DNA of 64,000 nt from Candidatus Babeliales bacterium (GTDB lineage Bacteria; Babelota; Babeliae; Babelales; RVW-14). Both the position numbers and the translations under genes were made by a program. Within the stretch, counting starts at the first letter, position 1. The number at the start of each line of letters is the position of its first letter. The stretch covers positions 35,423 to 99,422 of the forward strand of contig JBAZSL010000002.1 of the NCBI GenBank assembly GCA_041662445.1, written 5' to 3'. Shown one piece after another: positions 44,864 to 54,059 of the stretch. The notes beneath the pieces were generated by a model that did no database searches, was not told the origin of the DNA, and saw only the letters and a program-made list of their open reading frames with translations.

Positions 44864-46090
44864 GTGAAGTACTGCGTAAAATGCGTTATGCCGGACACCA
44901 AGCCTGATTTAAAATTTAATAAAGATGGTGTTTGCAGTGCGTGCGAATACTACGAAAAACGAAGAGATATCAACTGGCAGGAACGACGCAAAGAGCTCAT
45001 GAAGGTTTTAGAAAAATATAAATCAAAAGATGGCCACAATTGGGATTGCATTGTTCCGGTGAGCGGCGGTAAGGACAGTACGTATCAAGTTGTTAAGATG
45101 TTGCAACTGGGCATGAGTCCTTTGTGCGTTACTGCAACGACCTGCCATCTGTCAGATGTGGGGAGAAAAAACATTGAAAATCTCAAGAACTTAGGTGTTG
45201 ATTACGTGGAGTTTTCCACAAACCCCATCGTGCGAAGAAAGCTTAACAGAATTGCATTATCACGCGTCGGTGACATTTCGTGGCCTGAGCATGTGAGCAT
45301 TTTTACCATTCCGGTTCAGACTGCTGTTAATTATCGTATTCCTTTGATCATTTGGGGCGAAAATCCACAAAATGAGTACGGCGGTCCTGCTGCAGCTGGC
45401 AGTAATAATGTTCTTGATCGTAAATGGTTAATGTCATTTGGCGGCCTACTGGGGATGAATCTTTCCGATTTTGAGGGCAAAGAAGGTATAGAAGGAAAAG
45501 ATCTTATTGCCTATACCTATCCCTCAGATCAGCAATTAAAAGATGGTGGAGTTACGGGCTTGTTTTTGGGCCACTATTTTCCTTGGGATGGTCTTTCAAA
45601 TGCCTTGTTTTCAACGGCTTTTGGTTTTACCTCTTATTCGGGCGCGATCGAAGGATCGATGGCGAATTATGAAAACGTTGACAACTATCAAACAGGAATT
45701 CATGACTATTTCAAATATTTGAAATATGGTTTTGGACGTGTTACTGATTTTGCGTGTTTGCATCTGAGACGTGGACGATTATCTAGGGAAGATGCCCTTC
45801 AGATTGTACAGCGCCTTGATGGCAAGTTTCCGTGGAGTTATTTGGGAAAACCATTACAAGAAATTCTGTCGCCACTTTCACTGAGCATCGATCAATTTAT
45901 TCAAATTTGCGACAAGTTTACTAATAAGAAAATTTTTAAGACGGACACACAAGGGAATTTGGTTAAGGACGCGGATGGTAATCTTATCAAGCTTTACCAT
46001 CCGATTGAACTATCTCAGCGCACAGCAGCTGCTTACTACCCACAAAGTACCGTGGTTCGAAGTTATGAAGATATTTCTTCTGCCATTTAA
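44864..46090 (+). CDS. N-acetyl sugar amidotransferase (PP-loop ATPase; PseA/WbuX-like)
   Basis: N-terminal Zn-ribbon CVKCVMP...GVCSAC and PP-loop VPVSGGKDST. The GTG at 44864 has AGGAG 7 nt upstream. The alternative in-frame ATG at 44849 lies inside the SD. Confidence 0.8.
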   Translation: MKYCVKCVMPDTKPDLKFNKDGVCSACEYYEKRRDINWQERRKELMKVLEKYKSKDGHNWDCIVPVSGGKDSTYQVVKMLQLGMSPLCVTATTCHLSDVGRKNIENLKNLGVDYVEFSTNPIVRRKLNRIALSRVGDISWPEHVSIFTIPVQTAVNYRIPLIIWGENPQNEYGGPAAAGSNNVLDRKWLMSFGGLLGMNLSDFEGKEGIEGKDLIAYTYPSDQQLKDGGVTGLFLGHYFPWDGLSNALFSTAFGFTSYSGAIEGSMANYENVDNYQTGIHDYFKYLKYGFGRVTDFACLHLRRGRLSREDALQIVQRLDGKFPWSYLGKPLQEILSPLSLSIDQFIQICDKFTNKKIFKTDTQGNLVKDADGNLIKLYHPIELSQRTAAAYYPQSTVVRSYEDISSAI

Positions 46091-47510
46091 TCCTGCCTGG
46101 ACGCCTCATTTTGAAACTGAATTGGAACTTATCGTACAACACCAAGAGCGTGGTGATGATGTTTATCTTTTAGTCGATGATGGAAGATTAACGTTTACCG
46201 TTTCTGATCCGTATAATTCTTACGATATGAAAAAGGTTTCAAAGTCTCGGCTACAACAAGGATTGGATCTCATAAAATTTCCGAAAAAAAACATAATTAA
46301 AATCAAAAAAAAGCCTCGTGATGCCGATGTGATTCCACAAAGTTTTTGTAGTTATGAAGAACTCCACAAATTTAAAATAGCCGATGCCGAACTTGGCAGG
46401 GGGGTTATCTCAACAATAACCTCTTTTGCCCGCGACAATCGTTTTGATGTTGAAGCATATGCTGATTTCATTCATAGGGGATTATGGTCATCATTGCTTG
46501 TCTATGAGTCGGTTGTTGAGGCCATTGCCGCATACACACCCGATGTGGTTTATATTTTTAATGGAAGGTTTGCTGAGCTTTGGGCGGCCGCAGAGGCCTG
46601 CAAGAAGTGCAAGGTGACTTTTAGGACGCACGAAAGAGGTTGTGACATACATTCTTACGCCGTTTATGAAAATAGCTCATTGCATGATATTGAAACCCTC
46701 AAAAAGGAAGTTGCTTCTATTGGCCTTGCATATGAAAAAAATATTGCTGAAAAATGGTTTTTTGACCGGCGATTAGGAAAGGATCAAGGATGGTTTTCAT
46801 ATGTGAAGGAGCAGAAAAAACAACAACTCCCGCAGAATTTTGATGCGTCCAAAATGAACATAGCGATTTTTAATTCTTCACTTGATGAATATGAAAGTTT
46901 TTCTGCGTGGAATACTCCTTTCTATGGGAATGAAAATGAAGGAATCAGAATGATTTTTGACTCCTTTATGCATCGTTCAGATATTCATTTTTATGTGAGG
47001 ATGCATCCAAATCTCAAGGGGCTTGATAATACTCAGGTAAGAGAGTTGTATGCCCTGCGCTATTCTAATGTGACCATTATTGATTCGGATGCTGCTATCG
47101 ATAGCTACGCATTACTTGATGCGTGCGACAAGCTTGTAACTTTTTCATCTACCATTGGTGTAGAGGGGTGTTATTGGGGCAAGCCGGTTATTCTTGCCGG
47201 TCGTGCCATTTACGAAGATTTGAACTGTTGCTATAGACCATCAACGCACCAGCAACTTGTCGATTATCTCTCGTCCGATCTTGATCCGTTGCCACGACAG
47301 GGGGCTCTTCAGTATGCGTATTGGCAATCGACCTATGGCCGGCCATTTAAACATTTTAATGCAACAGGTTATTTTCAAGGAACATTCATGGGCCAAAAAA
47401 TTGTTCCTCGATTTAGTATCAAAGACAGAATTGATTTTAAATTGCATTATCTTGCACAACGGATAAAAAAATATGCAGCTTCAGTGTCCAATTCTTTTTT
47501 TGATTTTTAA
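46065..47510 (+). CDS. hypothetical protein; possible CMP-sugar (capsule-synthesis/sialyltransferase-like) glycosyltransferase
   Basis: 481 aa from the ATG at 46065. It contains an HP motif (YVRMHPNLKG) and a GT-B-like C-terminal segment (DKLVTFSSTIGVEGCYWGKPVILAG). The family assignment is tentative. Confidence 0.35.
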   Translation: MKIFLLPFNPAWTPHFETELELIVQHQERGDDVYLLVDDGRLTFTVSDPYNSYDMKKVSKSRLQQGLDLIKFPKKNIIKIKKKPRDADVIPQSFCSYEELHKFKIADAELGRGVISTITSFARDNRFDVEAYADFIHRGLWSSLLVYESVVEAIAAYTPDVVYIFNGRFAELWAAAEACKKCKVTFRTHERGCDIHSYAVYENSSLHDIETLKKEVASIGLAYEKNIAEKWFFDRRLGKDQGWFSYVKEQKKQQLPQNFDASKMNIAIFNSSLDEYESFSAWNTPFYGNENEGIRMIFDSFMHRSDIHFYVRMHPNLKGLDNTQVRELYALRYSNVTIIDSDAAIDSYALLDACDKLVTFSSTIGVEGCYWGKPVILAGRAIYEDLNCCYRPSTHQQLVDYLSSDLDPLPRQGALQYAYWQSTYGRPFKHFNATGYFQGTFMGQKIVPRFSIKDRIDFKLHYLAQRIKKYAASVSNSFFDF

Positions 47511-48399
47511 CCGTCCGGATACAACAAACGTTGTTTTTGAAGAAATACGCAAGCAACGTCCGCGCCTGCTTTTTATTGCTGCCGACGGTCCACGTCCAAC
47601 ACATGTTGATGATAATGTTCGTTGTGCACAGGCCCGTTCCATTCTCGATCGTATTGATTGGCCGTGTACGGTTCACACGCTTTTTCGTGATCAGAATCTT
47701 GGGTGCGGCAGTGCGGTAAGTGAATCTGTAACGTGGTTTTTCGCACATGTTGAAGAGGGAATTGTACTCGAAGATGATTGTGTTCCCGACCCAACATTTT
47801 TTGATTTTTGTGCCGCGATGCTTGATCGCTATCGCGATAACCCAAAGATTATGATGATTGCAGGTACGAGTTATTTGTTTAATACGGTGCAATCACGAGA
47901 ATCATACTTTTTTTCGCGTTATTATCCGGTGTGGGGATGGGCGACATGGCGCAGGGCGTGGCAGTTGTATGATTTTGATCTTAGAGAATGGGCAGAATGT
48001 CGTCCAACGCATATGCTAAAAAAAGTTTTTAATAACAAAAAAATCGTAAATTTCTGGACACAATATTTTGATCGGATTGTCAGAAAAGATCTCGATACGT
48101 GGGATATTCAGTGGACATATGCCTGTATTAAACATCAAGCTCTTTGCGTGGTTCCATTTAATAATCTTATATCAAATATTGGATATTTTGGATTGCATGC
48201 AACGGGCGAAAAGAGTTTTGATCACGGTATAGAACTTCGGCCACTTGATTGCATATCCATGGTCCATTCAGAAACAGTTAATATTTCAGCGCATTTGGAT
48301 CTTTTCATATATAAAAAGATCGGGGTGGTGACTCATTATGGGCTGCTGCGGCGTATACGCTCCTTGAGCTCAGCGGTTAAAGCGAGATTGATGCCATGA
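47473..48399 (+). CDS. GT-A fold nucleotide-diphospho-sugar transferase (GnT-I/HlpA-like)
   Basis: ILFLIFNRPDTT, FIAADGPR and an acidic motif VLEDDCVPDPTFF (DxD-like). No TM segments. Confidence 0.5.
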   Translation: MQLQCPILFLIFNRPDTTNVVFEEIRKQRPRLLFIAADGPRPTHVDDNVRCAQARSILDRIDWPCTVHTLFRDQNLGCGSAVSESVTWFFAHVEEGIVLEDDCVPDPTFFDFCAAMLDRYRDNPKIMMIAGTSYLFNTVQSRESYFFSRYYPVWGWATWRRAWQLYDFDLREWAECRPTHMLKKVFNNKKIVNFWTQYFDRIVRKDLDTWDIQWTYACIKHQALCVVPFNNLISNIGYFGLHATGEKSFDHGIELRPLDCISMVHSETVNISAHLDLFIYKKIGVVTHYGLLRRIRSLSSAVKARLMP

Positions 48400-49184
48400 T
48401 CTGTAAAATTTGTGGTGCGCAAACTCGTGAAATTTTTAAGACGCTTGTTTTAGGATGCCACACCGTTGCGTACTTTCATTGCGATCGCTGTGAGTTTGTG
48501 CAAACAGAAGAACCCTATTGGCTTGCCGAAGCATATCGTAATCCCATAAGCCAGGCAGATACTGGTATCTTAGCCCGTAATATGGCTCTTGCCCGCATTG
48601 TTGCAGTACTTATTTATTTTTTACATAACAAACAGGGTGCGTTTGTTGATTATGCTGGCGGTTATGGAGTTTTTACGCGCCTGATGCGTGATGTGGGGTT
48701 TGATTATTATTGGTGTGATCCTTATGCGAAGAATATTTTTGCGCAGGGATTTGTTTATACACCGGAGTTAAAAGCAGGGCTGGTTACCGCATTTGAATGT
48801 TTTGAACATTTTGTAAATCCATGCGTTGAAATAGAGGCCATGCTCAAAATTGCGCCGTGCATTTTATTTACCACGGATTTTCTTCCTTCTCCGATACCAG
48901 CTCCAGATGTGTGGTGGTATTACGCTTGTGAACAGGGGCAACATATTGCTTTTTACCGACCGCGTACCTGTAAATATATTGCTCAGCACTACGGACTTCA
49001 GTTTTATTCCCACTGGGGCATTCATTTTCTAACGCGCGAACGAATCAGTGAACTACGTTTTCGTATGCTTATTGAGTGGTGCAATCGAGGCCTTTTTTCA
49101 TTCGTAAAACGTTCCATGAAATGCAGGACGATGGAGGACAGGAATGTCTGCATGCGTGAAAAAAATACTTTGGATACGCCCTGA
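48396..49184 (+). CDS. SAM-dependent methyltransferase with N-terminal Zn-ribbon
   Basis: CKICG...CDRC ribbon, then FVDYAGGYGVFT (motif I-like) and VTAFECFEHF. ATGA overlap upstream. Confidence 0.6.
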   Translation: MICKICGAQTREIFKTLVLGCHTVAYFHCDRCEFVQTEEPYWLAEAYRNPISQADTGILARNMALARIVAVLIYFLHNKQGAFVDYAGGYGVFTRLMRDVGFDYYWCDPYAKNIFAQGFVYTPELKAGLVTAFECFEHFVNPCVEIEAMLKIAPCILFTTDFLPSPIPAPDVWWYYACEQGQHIAFYRPRTCKYIAQHYGLQFYSHWGIHFLTRERISELRFRMLIEWCNRGLFSFVKRSMKCRTMEDRNVCMREKNTLDTP

Positions 49185-50310
49185 TGCCCTAGGTGATGCT
49201 GTTCTTTCTGCCTCGATGCTGCCGGCAATTACACAGCATTTTGCCCCCTCAAAACTTATAGTTGTTTGCCAGCATCATGCAACTGATTTTTATAAGTCGT
49301 GCCCCTATGTTGACGAGATTATTTCATGTAACAAAAATCTTTTTATGCTGCATCGGCCCTATCGCTCATCTATTCTTGATAAGATTCGTTGTCATTCGAT
49401 AGATATTGTTTTCAACACGATGTTTTCACGCGAGCTTGCTTTCGATTGTTGTGCGTTTCAATGTGGTGCGCCGATGTCAGTTGCATTCAAGATCAATCAT
49501 CCAAGAGGCCGCTGGGATGTTCCATTCCGGTATAATCACGGTTATACGCGATTAATTGATTCTCCTGGCCATTGGAAACTTGAACTTGAGCGTTACAAAG
49601 ATTTTTTGGATGCACTTGGTATCACGCATGATGTTCTGGCGCCACATATATGGATCAACGGAGATGATGAAGTATTCGCTGATCGTATTTTCGCATCACA
49701 CAAATTGATTCCAAATAAGACGTTTGCATTTTTTGCCGGGGCGCAGTCATTATCTCGTGTATATCAGCAGTATGATGTTGCTTTGAATGCGTTACCGTCA
49801 GATGATGTGACTATTGTAGCGCTTGGTACGAATAATGATGCGATGGTCAATGAGCGTGCATTGGCTCACGTTAAGCATCGAGTAATTAATCTTTCTGGTA
49901 TGACAACAATCCGGCAAGCTGCTGCTATTATTAAGCGTTGCAGATTGGCTCTTGGGGCAGAAACTGGTTTGGCTCACGTTGCCTGTGCCGTCGGTACGCC
50001 CAATATTATTATTCTTGGTGGCGGGCATTTTGGGAGATTTATGCCATATTCACCCTTAACTGCGGCAGTTGTAGCGCCGCATGCGTGCTATCGATGCGAT
50101 TGGCGTTGCAAGGATGGCGATGCTCGATGTGTGCAATCTATTCATCCTCATGTTGTGGCATATGCTGTAAAACGGGTACTGGAATGCCGTGATAGTCATG
50201 CAAAGCCATTGCTGGTGATGCAAAAAAATTGCGCTGGTGCTCTTCACCTTGATCGTGAGGAGTATGACATGGTGGAAATTGCCACTACAGCGGAGAGCGT
50301 GGGTTCATGA
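49144..50310 (+). CDS. glycosyltransferase family 9 (heptosyltransferase-like)
   Basis: KILWIRPDALGDAVLSASMLPAI N-terminus and C-terminal LSGMTTIRQAAAIIKRCRLALGAETGLAHVACAVGTPNIIILGG. Confidence 0.75.
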   Translation: MSACVKKILWIRPDALGDAVLSASMLPAITQHFAPSKLIVVCQHHATDFYKSCPYVDEIISCNKNLFMLHRPYRSSILDKIRCHSIDIVFNTMFSRELAFDCCAFQCGAPMSVAFKINHPRGRWDVPFRYNHGYTRLIDSPGHWKLELERYKDFLDALGITHDVLAPHIWINGDDEVFADRIFASHKLIPNKTFAFFAGAQSLSRVYQQYDVALNALPSDDVTIVALGTNNDAMVNERALAHVKHRVINLSGMTTIRQAAAIIKRCRLALGAETGLAHVACAVGTPNIIILGGGHFGRFMPYSPLTAAVVAPHACYRCDWRCKDGDARCVQSIHPHVVAYAVKRVLECRDSHAKPLLVMQKNCAGALHLDREEYDMVEIATTAESVGS

Positions 50311-51377
50311 GAAGTGTTATTGTTGCGTGGTCGCAGGGCGATGCTCAAAGTTTTGAAGAGAAAGTCCCGTTGCTTTTTGTGGGACAACGTAATCAGCGAT
50401 TAGGTTTCACATCGCGTATTGATGTTGTGTTTCTCGATGGTATGCACCGTCTCGATCAACATTATCAATCTATGCTTGGTGAACGTGGCTATGTTTTGCA
50501 TGATGCTTCAGCTTTATATGCTATGTACGCAAAAAAATACGAAGTATTATCCCGTTTTGGTGATTATGAAAAAAAGTGTTTCCTTCGTTGGCTTGTTATA
50601 AAAGAGCTTTTTTCGGGAGAATCACTTATTCACTACGACGGTGATATTGTTTTTAATGAGGATCCAGATAGTATCGCAAAAAAAAATTCCGGAAAAACAT
50701 TTGTTTTACAGGGATGTCCTGCATTTACGTCAATTTCTGACGCCAGTTGGTTTGATTACTATACTGCTGAACTGGATGCTTTTAGTGCCGATATTCATAA
50801 TTATTCTCACCGCGCATGGCAAGAACGTGCTGGCTGGCAAATAACGTTTGCAACTCGTTGGGCGGGATCACGTTTCAGGCCCATTATATCGAGCGATCAA
50901 GATTTATTATCGCATCTCGTGCATACCCAAAAAATACGGCAAGATTCTGTAGAGGACATAATGCGTGCGCTTGACGATTACATTGTGTTCCAAAATCCAC
51001 TTTTGTTTCATATGTACAATTGCCATATTCCCTATGCATATACACGAGAAAATGGCGTTGATTTTTGTTCGTATGCGCGAGCAGACGGCACTGATCTTTG
51101 CTATAAAAAAAAGATTTTGCTGTGGCATATGCAATCATGTTTCAATTTTTATGCAAGCAAGCGTTTATTTATGGAAAAATATGTTCCCATGAGTCGTTTT
51201 GTGCGGACCAATTACAACCCATCGGGGCGGTTATGGAGTGATACGTTCAATAAACAGGCTATGCGTGTTACACACCACAGCAATCGTTTGGCTGTTTATC
51301 GATACTTTTTTGAGCAACATGATTTTTCGTGTCTCATGAACGGTCGTGCGTGGTGGAAAAAAGGCGTTTTTGTTTAG
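50307..51377 (+). CDS. hypothetical protein, possibly GT-A/GT8-like transferase
   Basis: 356-aa ORF, translationally coupled (ATGA). The only suggestive element is a DxD-like HYDGDIVFNEDP after a KxxxLRWLVIKEL segment. Confidence 0.3.
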   Translation: MRSVIVAWSQGDAQSFEEKVPLLFVGQRNQRLGFTSRIDVVFLDGMHRLDQHYQSMLGERGYVLHDASALYAMYAKKYEVLSRFGDYEKKCFLRWLVIKELFSGESLIHYDGDIVFNEDPDSIAKKNSGKTFVLQGCPAFTSISDASWFDYYTAELDAFSADIHNYSHRAWQERAGWQITFATRWAGSRFRPIISSDQDLLSHLVHTQKIRQDSVEDIMRALDDYIVFQNPLLFHMYNCHIPYAYTRENGVDFCSYARADGTDLCYKKKILLWHMQSCFNFYASKRLFMEKYVPMSRFVRTNYNPSGRLWSDTFNKQAMRVTHHSNRLAVYRYFFEQHDFSCLMNGRAWWKKGVFV

Positions 51378-51389
51378 TTTGGTTGTGAC

Positions 51390-52301
51390 ATGGATAAACC
51401 AATAGTCTCTGTTGTTCTGGGTACCTACAATCGACTTCCATTTTTGCAACTTGCTTTTGCTAGTATTCGGGCAGAGCTTGCATCGTGTGCCCATGAAATT
51501 TTTGTTATCGATGGAGGTTCTGATGATGGAACGTTGCCATGGCTCTGTGCACAAAAAGACGTTATTACCATAGTGCAGCACAACCGCGGTGAATGGCAGC
51601 GCAAATCCATTGAACGTAGATCATGGGGATATTTCATGAATTTGGGTTTTCGAGCCGCCAATGGAACCTATATATGCATGCTGAGTGATGATTGTGTGGT
51701 TGTCCCTGGTGCAATAAACAAAGGGGTTGCCTATTTTGATGAGCTGAGAAAACGAGGGAATCCTGTTGGCGCACTTGCGTTTTATTGGCGTGATTGGTCT
51801 AAAAGCGAACCGTATCATGTTGGCTACACATTGGGTGATAAGCTTTATGTCAACCATGGCATGTTCTTGCGTTCTGCATTGCAGGCCGTTGATTATATCG
51901 ATGAGGATAACTTCTTTTTTTATAATGCCGATGGAGATCTATGTCTTAAATTGTGGCAGCACGGTTATCAGGTGCTTGAAAGTCGCGATTCATATGTTGA
52001 ACACTATCCTCATGCTAATGTTGCAGTTCGTTCAAGCAATTATGTGCGCTTTAAAAGCGATCTAAAAAATTATTTGTCAAAATGGGAGGGGACTTTTTAT
52101 GATCGGCGCAAAAATAATTGTGGGCATATTGCGGAACGAGCATTTAAAGATGTGACGGCAACGGGCGATATTTTTTTATCACTCCATCGCTTAGTTCTGC
52201 AGAAAAATCCCCGTCTTGAAAAACCGGTGCCTGCCTGGAAGCGCAATTGGCGCGCTCTATTGTCAAAAACACGGTCGGTGATGCGCAGGATGATGCCATG
52301 A
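51390..52301 (+). CDS. glycosyltransferase family 2
   Basis: VSVVLGTYNR, FVIDGGSDDGT and MLSDDCV (DxD). Confidence 0.8.
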   Translation: MDKPIVSVVLGTYNRLPFLQLAFASIRAELASCAHEIFVIDGGSDDGTLPWLCAQKDVITIVQHNRGEWQRKSIERRSWGYFMNLGFRAANGTYICMLSDDCVVVPGAINKGVAYFDELRKRGNPVGALAFYWRDWSKSEPYHVGYTLGDKLYVNHGMFLRSALQAVDYIDEDNFFFYNADGDLCLKLWQHGYQVLESRDSYVEHYPHANVAVRSSNYVRFKSDLKNYLSKWEGTFYDRRKNNCGHIAERAFKDVTATGDIFLSLHRLVLQKNPRLEKPVPAWKRNWRALLSKTRSVMRRMMP

Positions 52302-52306
52302 TTGCG

Positions 52307-54046
52307 TTATAGACTATGAAGTTCAATGAGGCATGCTTCGTCTAAAAAGAGAGCAAGTATATTTATGTCGGGACGGTAATATCCCGGCTTAAAAATGAAC
52401 TCTATGTCCGATATCTTATCGTTGGTCTGTTGATGAATGATGGTGTGGTCGATATAAAAGTGTTTTTGTTCGGCCAAAAGCTCCTCTCCTGGCTTGAGCG
52501 AAAATGTAACCAATTCACGACTGCGTGAAACAAAGCGCAGGCCATCTTTAGTTTTTATAATATCAATGAGCGTGCAGGCCCTGTGGGCTTCAATCTGAGT
52601 AGAGATAGTGAGGCCCGCACAAAAATATAACGGGCGGGTAAGCCCTATGCCATACAGATGTATGGCCTGAATGAGTCCTGTGGCTGTCAGTGGGCTGGGG
52701 GCATTAAAAACAAAAAGGGGCGTTCGCTGGTATTTTGTTCCATTGATATTTCTGAAGTTACGCAGTGTTGTGGTGATGCGACAAGGAGTTTTCATGATGG
52801 AATGCATGCTTTGTATTACATGAACGCCATTGATGCTTATCGATACTACAAGTACTCCGTAGATAAGGCCGCGTACAAGATTGTTTCTCGTGCTGCTTGA
52901 GAAGTGTATGAGGCATGCGAGTGCGAGCGCGCAGAATGGTAGCCCCTCATAAGCAAACCGATATCCACCATAGGACGTAAACAATAATGGCCATAACAAC
53001 GCAAGTATTGAAAAAATCGCGAAGATTATAAATTTTTTCTGAGTATTGGTTATGAATAATGCGGTAACGGTTAAGAGTATGATTGCCTTGATTACGCGAT
53101 AAAGCGTGAGCATAGTATGGCGACAAAAAAAGTCGTATGTACTCCAGGGAAACCATTGGCACCAGAAAAAATCATAAAGAAATTGTGCGAACTTCCCGAG
53201 GATGGCATAGGCGGATTGGCGTATACCAGTGATGATTATTGTTGGGTGGGAGATGGTAAATGCTTGTTGCGAACAGGCCATTGTTCGCATAGTAATGTAG
53301 AGGAGGGTGATTATGACGCAAGCAGTTAATAGCCTGCAATGGTGCTTGGCCGTCGATGTGCTGTTATTACTTCTGAAGATCACTAATGCCAACACGATAA
53401 TGAGAGGCAGAATCAAAAATGTTTCACGCATGAGAAGACTGGATAAAAATAACATGCATACAAGCCCATATGTACGTAACTGGGGTTTTTGCCTGTTTCT
53501 GATCCATACAAGAAATGCTGCAAGCATTAAGAAAAGTGTTATTTGATGCTGTTGCATATCAATTTTGCCAAGCCAGCCATAGAGAAGTTGATGAAAGGCA
53601 AAAAAGAGTGAGCACAAAAATGATAATACTATATCGCTTGTGATAAGCATGAGCAGGTACATGATAGTGGCAGCATTGAGTGCATGTACGATGATAATAA
53701 ATATAAAATAGGCGTATGATTCAAGCCCAAACGCGTTGAATTGAAGGGTGTGTAAGACAAGAAATAGGGGCCTGTAGTACGTAGTCGTTTGAGTGTAGTC
53801 TTGGGTGGGTAAATTTTTAATAAGCGAAAAAGAGGAGAGGTTGCAGACGTTCCCGTTGATAAAAAAGTCCCAGAGATCTCTTAACGATTTACACTGGGAA
53901 ATTCGAAGCACAAGTCCATAATCCTCACCATCAAAAAACCATTCTGGGCACGATAACAGGTACGTGGTAACAACAATGACAAAAAGCAACAATGCGCTCA
54001 GTAAAATTTTGTAACGATGCGTTAACGTGTGTGTAGTGTTGAGCAT
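52307..54046 (-). CDS. GT-C-like polytopic membrane glycosyltransferase, paralogue 1 of 3
   Basis: First-loop acidic motif FFDGEDYG, then YYRPLFLVLHTLQFNAFGLESYAYF..VHALNA. More than 10 hydrophobic segments and a ~150-aa non-hydrophobic C-terminal domain. Confidence 0.55.
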   Translation of the reverse strand: MLNTTHTLTHRYKILLSALLLFVIVVTTYLLSCPEWFFDGEDYGLVLRISQCKSLRDLWDFFINGNVCNLSSFSLIKNLPTQDYTQTTTYYRPLFLVLHTLQFNAFGLESYAYFIFIIIVHALNAATIMYLLMLITSDIVLSFLCSLFFAFHQLLYGWLGKIDMQQHQITLFLMLAAFLVWIRNRQKPQLRTYGLVCMLFLSSLLMRETFLILPLIIVLALVIFRSNNSTSTAKHHCRLLTACVIITLLYITMRTMACSQQAFTISHPTIIITGIRQSAYAILGKFAQFLYDFFWCQWFPWSTYDFFCRHTMLTLYRVIKAIILLTVTALFITNTQKKFIIFAIFSILALLWPLLFTSYGGYRFAYEGLPFCALALACLIHFSSSTRNNLVRGLIYGVLVVSISINGVHVIQSMHSIMKTPCRITTTLRNFRNINGTKYQRTPLFVFNAPSPLTATGLIQAIHLYGIGLTRPLYFCAGLTISTQIEAHRACTLIDIIKTKDGLRFVSRSRELVTFSLKPGEELLAEQKHFYIDHTIIHQQTNDKISDIEFIFKPGYYRPDINILALFLDEACLIELHSL

Positions 54047-54059
54047 AAGGTGTTATGTT

